DNA from: Scenedesmus sp. PABB004
Lineage: Eukaryota
Length of the DNA: 64,000 bases
NCBI GenBank assembly: GCA_014905635.1
Contig: JABVCE010000048.1
Location: 1-64,000, forward strand
Direction: 5' to 3'
The notes beneath the pieces were generated by a model. It did not search any database. It saw only the letters and a program-made list of their open reading frames with translations, and was not told the DNA's origin. The translations under genes and the position numbers were made by a program. The stretch's first letter is position 1. Each line of letters opens with the position of its first letter. Of this stretch, positions 22,501 to 37,300 are shown piece after piece.

Positions 22501-25500
22501 CCCGACGCGGCGGGCCAGGCCCTGCTGGCCATGCTCGACGCCACTGACCTGTACGCCCTCAACGGGCGCGCGCCCACCGCCACCGGCCTGCCTGCCTACA
22601 CCCGCGCCCGCCTCGTGTGCGGCGCTGACGGCACGCACACCGAGCAGTGCTCGGTGCTCGACTACGTCCTCGCGCCCGCGGCGTGGGCGCTCCCCTCCAG
22701 CCGCGGCCCGGCGCCCTGCGCCCTGACCGTGGCCGACGATCGGCGCATCACCAAGTCTGACCACCTGCTGCTGTGGACCTGCCTGCCTCACCCCGCCGCC
22801 CGCGCGCGCGCCCCCGCGGGCCTGCGCCGCCGCGTCGCGCGCACCGACCTGCTCAAGCCGGTCCCGGGGCAGCGCGATGCGGGGCATGCCGATGCCTACC
22901 GCGCGGAGCTCGCCGACGCGCTGGCCGACTATGCCGACGACGTGGCTGCCCTCGCCGACCAGGTGGGCAGCGCGCTGCTGCCGGCGCGCGAGGCGTGCGC
23001 GCGCGCCAAGGCTGCGCTGTGCGATGCCATTTGGACGGCGGTCGATGGCAGCGTCGGCTACAGGGAGGTGCGCTCGGGCGGTGGCGGCGGCAGCGCCGCC
23101 GCCGCGCGGCGCATCTTCACGCCGGCGGTCCAGGCCGCCGTGCAGGCGCGCCGCGACGCTGATGTCGCGCTGGCGGCCGCCCGGGGGCGGCCGCCGGCGG
23201 CGACGCTGACGCCGCCCCTGCCCAGGCTGCTGCCGAGCTTGCCGCCGCGCGGGACCAGCTGTGCGCCGCACAGCGGGCTGTCAAGTCCGCCGTGGCGGCT
23301 GCGCGCGCAGCGGAGCTCGGCCGCCGCGTTGACGCGGTTCACGCCCGTCACGCGGCAGGCGACGGCAAGGGCATGTGGGAGCAGCTGCGCCAGATTGCCG
23401 GCACTGCCAGGCGGGGCCCTGGCGGCCCCGCAGCGCTGCGCGCTGCTGCCAGCACTGGCATGGTTGTGGGCGAGCAGCAGATCGCAAACGCCCTGGCAGC
23501 GCAGTACGCCAGTGTCAGCGACCCCGCGGCGTTTGCTGCCGGGGCAGACTTTGACGAGCAGTGGCGCGAGCAGGTCGAGGCGGACGTGGCGCGCTACCGC
23601 GCCGCCGCCTCTGACCCCAGCGGCAGCGACAGCGAGCAGGACCCCCTCAGCGCCGACATCACCGCCGCCGAGGTCGCAGCCCAGGCGCAGGCCCTCTCCA
23701 ACAACAAGGCCCCCAGCCCGCTCGACGGCGTCACCAACGAGCTGCTCAAGTACGGCGGCGAGCCCCTTTGGGGCGCGCTGGCCGCCTTCTTCAACCTGCA
23801 GTTCACCCTGGAGACCAAGGCCCAGACCGCCGGCGTCATCACCCCGATCTACAAGCGCGGCGACCCGACCGACCCCGCCAACTACCGCCCCATCACGCTC
23901 GGCTCCGCGGTGGACAAGCTCTACAACCTCGTGCTCAACAAGCGCCTCACTGACCACCTTGAAGGCCACGGCCTGCTGCACGACGCGCAGCAGGGCTTCC
24001 GGCCCGGGCGCAGCGCCGCCGACAACATCTTCATGCTCACCTCCTGCCTCGACGCCCGCGCCGCGCAGGGACTCGACACCTACGTACTGTTCCTTGACGT
24101 CGCCAAGGCCTACGACACCGTGTGGCGCTCCGGCCTGCTTCACAACCTCTGGCGCGTGGGCGTGCGCGGCCGCCTGTTCCGCGTGCTCGCCAACATGACC
24201 GACCGCACGCGCAGCATGGTGCGGCACCGCGGCGCGCTGTCAACAGCCTTTGAGCCGGGCCTTGGGTGGGAGCAGGGCGACACGCTGGCGACTACGATGT
24301 TCAACGTCTTCATCAACGCCGTGCTCCAGGAGGTGTGGGCCGCCTGCCCGGGCGTGCCGCTGCCCGCCGCGCCCGCGCCCGCGCCCGCCGCGCCGCCCGC
24401 GCCGCCCGCCGGCGCGGCGCCACCCGCGCCCGAGCCAGGCGCCGCCGACGACAAGCTGGTCGCGCTCCTCTTTGCGGACGACTGCGCGAGCCTTGCGGCC
24501 GGCCCGGCGGAGATGCAGCAGCTCCTTGGCGCCACGCGCGCCGCGCTCGCCCGCTGGCGGCTCAAGGCCAGTGTCAGCTCGGCGGACGCGTCCAAGACAG
24601 CGGTGATGGTGGTGCCGGGGGGCCGCACCCGGCATGCCGTCGCTGCGGCGGCTGCTGCCGCGGCGGCCTACCAGTGGTCGTGGGGCGCGGAGCAGGTGCC
24701 GCGCGTCACTGGGTACAGGTACCTGGGCGCGTGGCTGACGGCCGACCGCAGCGCCCGCAGCTGGGACGCCCACCTGCAGCGCCGCAAGGCTGCTGCGGAC
24801 AAGGCGTTCTGGGCTCAGTCGGCGGTGCTGCGTGAGCGGCGCCTGCCGCTGCGCCTGCGCCTGCTCACGCTCACGGGCGTGGTGCAGCCTGTGTTGACGC
24901 ACGCGGCCCAGGTCTGGGCCCGCCCCACGGTCGAGCGCCGCGCGGAGCTCGACTCGTGGCAGGCGGGGCTGGTGGCGCGCATGACCGGGTGCCCGCCCAA
25001 CGTGTCGCACGCGTGCCTGCAGCAGGAGCTGGGCATCACCCCGCTGCATGTCGTCTGCGACACCCTCATGCTGCGCTACTGGCACCGCCTGCGCGCCCTG
25101 CCAGCCGACCGCCTGTTGCGCCGTGTTGCCGACGCCTGGCCCGCCACGCCGTGGTGGAAGGGCGTGGGCGGCCTCCTGCGGGACTACGGCGTCGATGTTG
25201 TGGCTACTGCTGGCATGAGCCGCAACGAGTTTGCTGCTCACCTTTGCGACCTTGCTGGCGACCACATCGATGGCGCCTGGGAGGCCGCCGCCGGCCGCGG
25301 CTCGGTGGCGCGGCGCTACCGGGAGGCCTTTGGCAGCGGCGTCTTCTCTACTCGCTCCTTCACGCGCCGCGCCGGCGTGCCGTGCGCCCGGGATTACCTG
25401 GGCTGGCTCTGCAGCCCCGGCGGCCCGCGGCGCGGCCGGCCGGCGGCGCTGCTCATGCGCCTGCGCATGGAGTGCCTCCCGCTGCGCGCTGCCCACAGCC

Positions 25501-26161
25501 ACGCGCGCCGGGGGAGTCGATCGCGCAGCAGGCGGAGCGAGAGCGCTGCCCCTGCTGCGCTGCGCGCGCGCCCGAATCGGCCGCGCACTTTCTCTTTGAG
25601 TGCGGCGCGCCCGGCCGCCCTGCGCGCCTCGTTGCGCTGCTTGCGGACCTCCGTGCCAGCGGCGGGGGCGCGCATGCTGGCGCGCTGGCTGCGCACCTGC
25701 GTGCGGCTGGTGTTGAGATGGCGGCTAGCGGCAGCCAGGAGCTGGAGGCTGGAGCTGGCGGCGGCGGCAGCGGCAGCGGCAGCGACCCCGGCGTCGTGGC
25801 TAGCGCGGCGGCCCCTCGGGCTGCTGACGCAGGCGCGGCGGTCAGCATCAGCGATAGCGGCGTCACGGCTGATACGGCGGCCCCTCGGGCTGATGATGTC
25901 AGCGCGGCGGTCAGCGTCAGCAGCGTCTCTGCTGGTGCGGCGGCCCCTCGGGCTGCCGTTACCGGCGCGGCGAGTCGGTGTGCAGCACTGGAGCAGGCTC
26001 GGCGTTATCTGCTTGGTGACCTGCTGCAGGATCAGCTTGCTGTTCACTCTGTGGCAGATTATGTGATGGACATCTGGAAGATGCGGGACACCGTCCTTAA
26101 GGGGCGCGGGACCAATGGGCGCGAGCCTGTGGTGTAACTATCTTTATCTTTATCTTTATCT
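19568..26161 (+). mobile_element. RTE/RTEX-like LINE nested in the L1 ORF2
   Basis: TSD TTCACAAT at 19560-19567 and 26162-26169; tail of TATCTT repeats (26139-26161) right after the ORF stop. Clade inferred from the tail type and architecture. Confidence 0.88.
20378..26137 (+). pseudogene. LINE polyprotein: N-terminal region, 2x Tudor-like, APE, RT, CCHC finger; frameshifted
   Basis: CINVCGM, VVETW, GGGVG, VYLPP, LGDFNSRVG, VLDYVL, SDH; YRPITL, QQGFRPGR, FLDVAKAYDTVW, QGDTLA, LFADDC, YRYLG; CPCC..ESAAHFLFEC. Frame changes near 22490, 23180-23300 and 25510-25620. Confidence 0.88.
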
Positions 26162-26169
26162 TTCACAAT

Positions 26170-26248
26170 GGAGTTCCGGCTCACCGCAGCGGGCGTGCCG
26201 GCGCTGCCGGCGGCGCCGGCGCTGGCCCCGCCGGCGGTGCAGGACCCC

Positions 26249-26279
<31 letters not shown>

Positions 26280-26293
26280 AGCGCGGCGGCTAG
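26170..26293 (+). CDS. Displaced C-terminus of the L1 ORF2
   Basis: Removing the nested LINE and one TSD copy restores the frame ...GGRFTMEFRLTAAGVPALP...AQRGG*. Confidence 0.8.
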
Positions 26294-27001
26294 CTGCAGG
26301 GGCCGGGGGGGTCCGCGGCCGGGCTTGCTGCGACCCCGGCTGGCTGCGTGTCGCGCCTCTTCTGCGGCGTGCAAGGTTGGGCGGTGTCCCCCCGTGCCGC
26401 GGGGCTGGTGTCTGCGTGTTTGTGTTTGTCGTCGCGCGGCGAGGGGGCTGCAGCCGGTGGGGCCGGCCCCTGGCGCCGCCGGCGTGTTTGGCGGCTTGGC
26501 GTGCTGCCTGCCCGGTGGGGCGGCTTTCTCATCGGTGTGCGGCTTTCTCAGGGGTTTTTGCAGCAAAGCCAACTGCTGCCCCCTGGTGTGTGCGTGTGTC
26601 GTCGTGCGGCGCGGGGGCTGATGCCGCTGAGGCCGGCCCCTGCCGCCGCCAGCGTGGGTGGCGTTTGCGCGTGATCTCTGCGCGGAGGCTTGGAGCCGGT
26701 GCACCTCGCTGCACCGATGCCCAGTGCGGCTCGCCGCACCGGAAGGGGGGTGTGCGGCCTGATCTGCTGCTGCCCCTTTGATTGCGGGGCATCACCTGGT
26801 CTCCTTGGGCGCCCGTTGGGCGTTGGCCTCTGGCTGTGCCGTTGGGTGATGTGTGTGCCCCCTCTCGGGGGGCGCCGGGGCGCGGTTTTTCACGAGGGGT
26901 TGCTGCGCTCTTCCCGTTGGAGTTTTTTTTTCAATGGGCTGCCCCTGGGCCTCGGTCCTTGTCTGGTCACCCGTTGTAACAAAAAAAAAAAAAAAAAAAA
27001 A

Positions 27002-27075
27002 GGGCGCCCAAGGAGACCAGGTGATGCCCCGCAATCAAAGGGGCAGCAGCAGATCAGGCCGCACACCCCCCTTCC
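27002..27075 (-). mobile_element. Right part of the inverted truncated L1 copy
   Basis: Reverse complement of ~26741-26814; resumes where 14510-14701 stops, sharing the 12-bp TSD. Confidence 0.9.
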
Positions 27076-27496
27076 AGCCGCGCACCTCCGCTCCGCAGGG
27101 GCGGCGGGGCAGGGGAAACGGCGCACGGCAGCGCCGCGCCGCGGCGCCGGCGACCGGCGCGCGCGCGGGCGGCGCGCGGCCCGCGGCGCGGCGCGGCCGC
27201 CGGCGGCCGACCTCGGCGGCGCAGCCCGCGGCCGGGCAGCCTGTTGGAGCCGCGCACCTCCGCTCCGCAGGGGCGGCGGGGCAGGGGAAACGGCGCACGG
27301 CAGCGCCGCGCCGCGGCGCCGGCGAGCGGCGCGCGCGCGGGCGGCGCGCGGCCCGCGGCGCGGCGCGGCCGCCCGCGGCCGACCTCGGCGGCGCAGCCCG
27401 CGGCCGGGCAGCATGTTGGAGCCGCGCACCTCCGCTCCGCAGGGGCGGCGGGGCAGGGGAAACGGCGCACGGCAGCGCCGCGCCGCGGCGCCGGCG
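27076..27496. repeat. Continuation of the 172-bp satellite (~2.4 monomers)
   Basis: Same monomer, resuming at AGC|CGCGCACC in register with the break at 14200; the rare CAGCCTGTTGG variant occurs at both ~13500 and ~27237. Confidence 0.97.
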
Positions 27497-27513
27497 CGCA
27501 CGCCTCTCTTGTG

Positions 27514-27518
27514 TTACA
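27514..27518 (-). terminator. Putative TGTAA polyadenylation signal of the F-box/LRR gene
   Basis: TTACA on the + strand, ~70 bp downstream of the stop at 27587. Confidence 0.6.
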
Positions 27519-27586
27519 TGGGGGATTTGTTGGTACATCTGGTCAGCGACGCGGCGTCAACGAGGGGGCAACTCGTTGCCCGTTCA

Positions 27587-29313
27587 TCAAACCATCGTGC
27601 GCCGCTGACGCCTCGCACGTCTGCCCTCAAGCGCGCCGCCCAGCGCCCAGCCAATGCACCAGCCACCCGCCACTATGGCGGCCCAGCTGAGAGCGCCCAA
27701 GGCCTGCCGCAGCCTCACAACGCGCTGCCCGCGGCGCTGCCCGCCCCCGCCGCCGCCCCCGCCGCCGCCGCCGCCACCGCCGCCAGGCTCGACGCCGCCG
27801 CCAAAGGAGTTGCTGTGTTGCAGCACCACCATCTCCCACAGCTGAACGCGGCACTGCAGCCCCACGCCGGTCTGCAGCTGCGCGAGCAGCCGGCCGGGCA
27901 GGGTGGGCGGGCCAGTGAAGTTGAGGCCGAGCGTCTTCAGGCGGCCTGCTAGCCGGGCGAGGCCCAGCAGCTGCAGCGGGTCGCCGCTGGTCGCGAGGTG
28001 GAGGTGCGCCAGCCGTGGCAGGCCCTGCAGCGCGTCCAGCAGCTCCGGCGGGAGCGCGCCACCGAGGCCGTCGGGCACGGTGAGGTCCAGCACCTGCGCG
28101 CCGCCGGCAGCGCGCCGTCACACGCAGTGGGCCGACGCACTTTCGTGCCGGCAGCGGCAGGCCGCCCGGTGCACGCCGCCCCTGCGCGCGCGCACCTGCA
28201 GCCCCCGGGCGTGCTGAAGGGCCGACAACCAGTGGCTCCAGCCCTCCGCGGCCTCGCCGTGCGGCGCGCTGTCGCCCGTGACCGACAGCCGCCGCAGCGC
28301 GCTGGCGCCGCGCCCGGGCGCGCCGAGCAGCGCGGTCATCGCGTCCGCGCTCGCCAGGCAGCCCTTGAGAAAAAGGCTGTGCAGGTCGGGCAGGCGCGGG
28401 GGCGCGCCCCCGCAGTCACCCCACTCGGCGCCCGCCGGCTCGCTGCCGCCCGCGGCGCTGCCGCCGCCCTCGGCCAGCACCGCCAGGTCGTGCGCCGAGG
28501 GCGCCGCAGACATGGTGCCCGCCGCCACCGTGCGCTTGAAGCCCGGCGACGTGAGGGCGTGGCAGCGCGGAGCCGACGACGGTGCGCTCGCAGGCAGCAG
28601 CACGCGCGGCTGGTCGGCGCGTCGGGCGCCGTCGCCGGTGCTGGCGTCAGCGCGCCTGCTCCCGGCGTGCTGCGCGTGCAGCAGCACCCTCTTGAGCGCG
28701 AGCGTGGTCAGCGAGGCCGGCAGCGCCCCGAGCGGCAGCGGCAACCGCCCGCTGCCGCGGTGGCGCAGCGACAGCACCTGGGCGGGAGGGGCGAGGCGCC
28801 GGCGCATGGGCGGCGCGCGGCGGCGGGGAGTTGCGGCGGCGTGCGCGAGGGGCTGCCGACCACGGCTGAACAGGCCGGCAGCGCCCTTAGCCCCCCCTTC
28901 CCCCCCTCCCACGCACCTTCAGCAGTGGCAGGTGCTGAAGCGCCGCGGCCATGTGCTCGTGCGGCACCGACACGAAGTGGCAGTCCAGGCTCAAGCACAG
29001 CAGGGCGCGCGGGGCCACGCGCGCTGCCAGCGGCCGCGGCACGCCCGCGCTGCTGCTGCTCGCCACGCGCCCGCCCCCACCCGCGCCGGCGGCGGCGGCG
29101 GCGGCCGAGCAGGCCGGCGCGAACGCGCTGCAAAGCTCCTGCAGCGTGGCGCCGTCCAAAGCCACCTTGCCGCAGAGCGCGAGGGACTCCAGCGCAGCGA
29201 AGGCGCAGCCCAGGCTGCCGAGCTGCCCGGAGCTGAGGCGCACGGGTGTAACGCTCGCAAATGCCAGCAGCTGGTCGCGCAGGCGCAGGCCCAGGTGGCC
29301 GCAGCCGCGCACC

Positions 29314-29364
<51 letters not shown>

Positions 29365-31446
29365 GCGGCGGCAGCGTGAGCCGGCCGTGCAGCTCGGCCC
29401 GGCCCAGCGCGCGGCCGCCGGCGTGCGCGCGCGTGCGCTCACCGCGTGCGGCAGCTCGTCCAGCCGCACAACGTCCCCCGGGCGCAGCAGCGCCAGCTCC
29501 AGGCTGGCACAGGCGCCGTCGCGCCGCGCCGCCCCCGCGGGCGGGCCGTGCCGCGCCTCGGCGTGCAGCAGCTCGGGGCCCGCCACGGGCCAGCCCCAGG
29601 GCGCCGTCGCGGCGCGGCGCGTGAGATCAAGCTGGATGATGCTCTCAAAGCGCTGCGGGCGCGGCGTGCGGGGCGCGGCACCGTGGGCGGCGCGGCACCG
29701 TGGGCGGCGCGGCGCGCGCGCAGCGCCCTGCGCGCGCCGACCCGGCCCCGCGGGGCGCGCACCTCAATGATGCGCTGCAGGTGCACCGGCACGCCCGCGC
29801 CGTCGGCCAGGTTGGCGATCAGGCCGTCCACGATCGCGCCGACGTCCTCCAGCATCACCTCGCCGCCGCCGCCGCCGGCCGCCGCCGCGGCGCCGCCGCC
29901 AGCGCCGTCCGCGGCGACCGCCACCGCGGCGGCCGCGGCCTGCGCCGCGCCCGGCGCGCCCCCGTCGTCGGCGAGCAGCGCCGCGCCCGCGCCGGCCGCC
30001 GCCGCCGCGCCGCCCGGGGCAGCCCAGGGGCCCGGCTGCCACACGTTGCCTGGGAAGGGCGGGGGCGCCGGGCCCGGCGCCGGCGGCGCGCGCGCGCTTG
30101 GCGGCGCAGGCGGCAGCGCGACGCGGCCCACAGCCAGCTGCTGCAGGCGCGGCAGGTGCGTCAGCAGGTCGCACAGCGCGGTGTACTGCGCGTGCGCGGC
30201 ACGCGCGGCGCGGCGGGGCGGCGGACGCGTGAGCGAGGCGCACGGGGGCGCGGCCGCCAGGCGCCGCGGCCGCCGCCCGGGAGGCGGCGCCCACCGTCAC
30301 GTCCTGTGTCAGCTCCAGCACGCGCAGGCGCGTGAGGCTGGCCAGTCCGGCCAGCGGCTCCAGCACGACGCGGCCCGACAGCTGCAGCGCCTCGAGGCGC
30401 GTGAGCACCGCGAGCGCCCCCGCGAGCGCGCCGCCAGCGCAGTGGAAGGCGTGCAGCGTGAGCGAGGTGAGTCCCGTGAGCGCCGACAGCGAGGCAAAGG
30501 CGGCGCAGTTGGCGCGCCACGTGGTGAAGCTCCCCTGCGCAGCGGCATCGCAGCGGCGGCGCATTGGTGGTGGCAGCGCGGCGCGCGGTGGGAGCACGCC
30601 GCCGGCCGAGCGGCACGCCCCCCTCCCTCCGCACGCGCCCACCTGCACGCTCAGCGTGAGCGTGTCGAGCTGCGTCAGCGCCGCGAGCGCCGGCAGGTGC
30701 TCGTGCGGCAGTGCCGGCCGGAACGCCGGCAGCGACACCTGCCGCAGCGCCGGCAGCGCGGCGAGCGCGGTCCACTGCGCCGGCGCGTCGGGCAGCACGT
30801 CCAGCGCCAGCTCGGCCACCGCGGCCAGCCCCGGGCGCGACAGCTGGCGCGGGAGGCGCTGCAGGAGCCGGAACAGCTGCGGCGCCGCGCCCGCCGCGCA
30901 GGGGTGCTCCTGGCGGGAGGTGCAGTGGTAGCTCCGCCGCACCGCGTCCAGGCACAGCCGCGGGCGCGGCGCGGCGGCGGCGCCGCCAGTGCTGCCGGCG
31001 CCGCCGGCGAGCGCGTCGATCACGCGGGCCGCGTGGCGCTGCTGCGCGCGCGTGCTGACGTCCAAGTGGACCAGGCGGGCGTGGGGGAATGCGGCCAGCA
31101 GCGCACGCGCGCCGGCCTGCACCGCGGCGGGGCTGGCCGCCCCGCCGCCGGCGAGCCCGTCGCCGTCGCCCGTCCGCCGCTCGTCGCCGTCGCTGTCGCC
31201 GCCGTCGGCGTGGCCGTCGCCCTCACCGGCTGCGTGCGCGCCGCCCGCCAGCAGGCTGGGCACCGCGCTGGCGCGCGGCACGCAGCCGCCGAGGTCGCGC
31301 GCCCACGCGGCGCACACCAGGCGCGCCGCCAGCAGGTCGTCCTGCGACAGGTGCGCCGCCACGACCTCAACCGCCGCGTTGGGCAGCTCCCAGCTGGCTG
31401 GTGCCGGCGACCCCGCCAGCCAGCCGCTCGGCGTCGCCGCCTCCAT
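27587..31446 (-). CDS. F-box / leucine-rich repeat protein (multi-exon)
   Basis: N-terminal WELPNAAVEVVAAHLSQDDLLAARLVCAAW (F-box-like); many LxxLxxLxLs repeats (LAALTQLDTLTLS, LQGLPRLAHLHL); GT-AG introns link the exons. Confidence 0.72.
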
Positions 31447-31962
31447 GCGCTGCTGTCGACGTGGTGGTTGGGCCGCGGCACGGGCGCCCGTGCCGCACAG
31501 TCAGCCGCGCCGACACGCGCCCGCCGCCGGGGCGGGCGGGGCGCGCTGCTCCGGGCGCCCAGCCGGGCGGCGGGCGTGGGGGCGCGCGGCGCGCGGCAGC
31601 AGCGGGCGGCCCGGCGGCAGCGGGCGGCGCGGCGGTCGGCGGCTTTCACACGCGGGCGGTGGGTGGCAGCGGGGTTGTGGGCGTCTGGGGAAACGCGTGG
31701 AGGCGATGCCATGCAACCCCCGCGCACTGGATCGGCGCGCTGACAGCAGCAGGCCGGAAAACCGCGGCCCTGCGACCTGCACGCTCCCGCCCGGCCTGCG
31801 CTGCGCCGCTTACCGGCTCCCCCACGATCTGGTCTCCTCGTAGCGGCAGCGTCATCGGCCCACGCACCGCAGGCAGCACACGGCAGCCCAGGCATCACCG
31901 CCCCTCGCGCCCCGCCCGCGACGGCCCTCCTGCCGGGTCTGCCGGTCGCCCGAAGCAGCGCC

Positions 31963-32293
31963 ATGGCCCGAGCGCTGGCCCGACCGCTGGCGGGGCTGGC
32001 TAAGCAGCTGGCGGCGCGCGGCGGGCCGGTCGCGGCGCACCTGGTGCGCCGCCGCTGCTGCTGCTGCTGCGGCAGCGCCCGCCGCGTGCGCCGCATGCGG
32101 CGGCCCCCGCCCCCACGTGCTGAGGGCGCTGCGGCACCGCCTGGACCACCGCCCACAGGAGTCCTGCGTCGGCGGCAGCGCGACAGGCGCTTGCGGCGTG
32201 CTCGCAGCCGCCGCCGGCGGCGGCGGCGCGTGCTGCTGGCCGGCGCCCAGCGGCGGCGCTTGCACCAGCGGCGGCGCTCGCACCGGCGCCGTG

Positions 32294-32324
<31 letters not shown>

Positions 32325-32980
32325 GCTGGCTCGCCGCTGGCACGAGCGCCGCGCCGCGGCCGCGCGTGCTGCTCGACCGCGGAGCGGCCGCGGCGGCGGC
32401 CGCCGCGGTCACGCCGGTGATGCCCACGCACCAGATCCTGCAGCAGCTGCTGGCAGCCGCGCGGCCGCTGACGTCGCACGAGCTCTACGCGCGTGTGGTG
32501 GAGGCCTACGGGCCGCGCGTGCACGCCAGCCGCAGGCGCTTCAAGGCGCACCTGCGCCAGTGCGTGCGGCACCGCTGGGTGGCGGTGCGCGCGCCCGACG
32601 GCGCCGGCGCCAAGGCCAAGTCCAAGGGCAAGGCCGGCGGCGGCGGCGGCGACGCGTTTGTGTTTGAGCCCACGCCCCTCGGCGCGGCGCAGGACCTCGC
32701 CTCGACCGGCAGCCCGCTGCAGCGCGCGGCGCGCGAGGCGGCGGACGAGTGGACGGCGGCGCGGCTGCCGGGCTATGCGCAGCTGCTGCGCGACGGCCGC
32801 GTGCCCGCGACCTGGAGGGAGCTGGGGCTGCTGCCGAGCGGCGAGCGGCGGCAGTTGTTCGAGGAGCACGTGCTCGGCCGGCCGCAGGCTGCTGCGGTGG
32901 CGGCGGAGGCGGCGGGGAAGGAGCTCGGCGAGCCGGGGTCGCCCGGCAGCGCTGCCGCCGGGGGCGAGGCGCAGCGCTGA
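31963..32980 (+). CDS. Hypothetical protein, possible organellar presequence and winged-helix-like segment
   Basis: ATG 31963 MARALARPLAGLAKQL, intron ~32044-32158, exon with ILQQLLAAARPLTSHELYARVVEAYG...FKAHLRQCVRHRWV. Confidence 0.55.
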
Positions 32981-33202
32981 ACACCCGGCGCGCGGTGGCT
33001 GTTGCGAGAGGCAGCTTGCAGCGCCAGTCGTGGCGGCCGCCGGAACAGGCGCCGCCGCCGGGTCGCGCGCCGCCGGCAGGCGGCCGGGCGGGCGGTGCGC
33101 TCCGCGGCGCGCCGCCGCCAGGCCGCGCGCGGGCGCGGCAGCTGGCACATTGCTGGCGTCGTGCAACTTACGCCCGCCGAGCACTCCCCGCCGATCCCCG
33201 CC

Positions 33203-36911
<3,709 letters not shown>

Positions 36912-37300
36912 GCGCGCGCGCACGGTCGCGCGACTGGGCCCGGGGCGAGCGGCGGGCGGGGGAGCGGCGGGGGCCGCCCGCGCGCGCGGGAGCGCGTGGG
37001 GGAGTTTGCATCAAGAAGCGCGCAGCGGCACTGGCGTTGTTGGGGTGGTCGTGGTGCGTCGACGGTCGCCGCCGGCGCGCGCTGCCGAGCGCGCGCGCGT
37101 GTGCGTGCGCGTGTTGTGAGGAGCGCCGCTCCATCTCTTTTCCCCACGGCCGTCGCTGGGCCGTGCAGCTGCCGGTTTGCCGGGGCGGGGGAGCGTTGCA
37201 CGTCATGTCGTGAGCGAGGGCGCGGTGAAACCTGTCCACGGCGCAGCCTGTGCCCCGCCGTCCAGTCCGCCACCCATCACTCCACACGCGCACCCCCGCC

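Larger units (their letters stand above)
14702..27001 (+). mobile_element. L1-clade LINE (ORF2, 3' UTR, poly(A)), ORF1 absent, interrupted by a second LINE
   Basis: TSD GGGCGCCCAAGG at 14690-14701 and 27002-27013; TGTAA 26975-26979 followed by C and A21. Confidence 0.92.

Noticed and set aside
14201..27075. Single dual-RT element, or a DIRS/Penelope element with direct and inverted terminal repeats
   Set aside because: Two independent TSD pairs and two tail types explain it as nested LINEs; no tyrosine recombinase or GIY-YIG domain seen.
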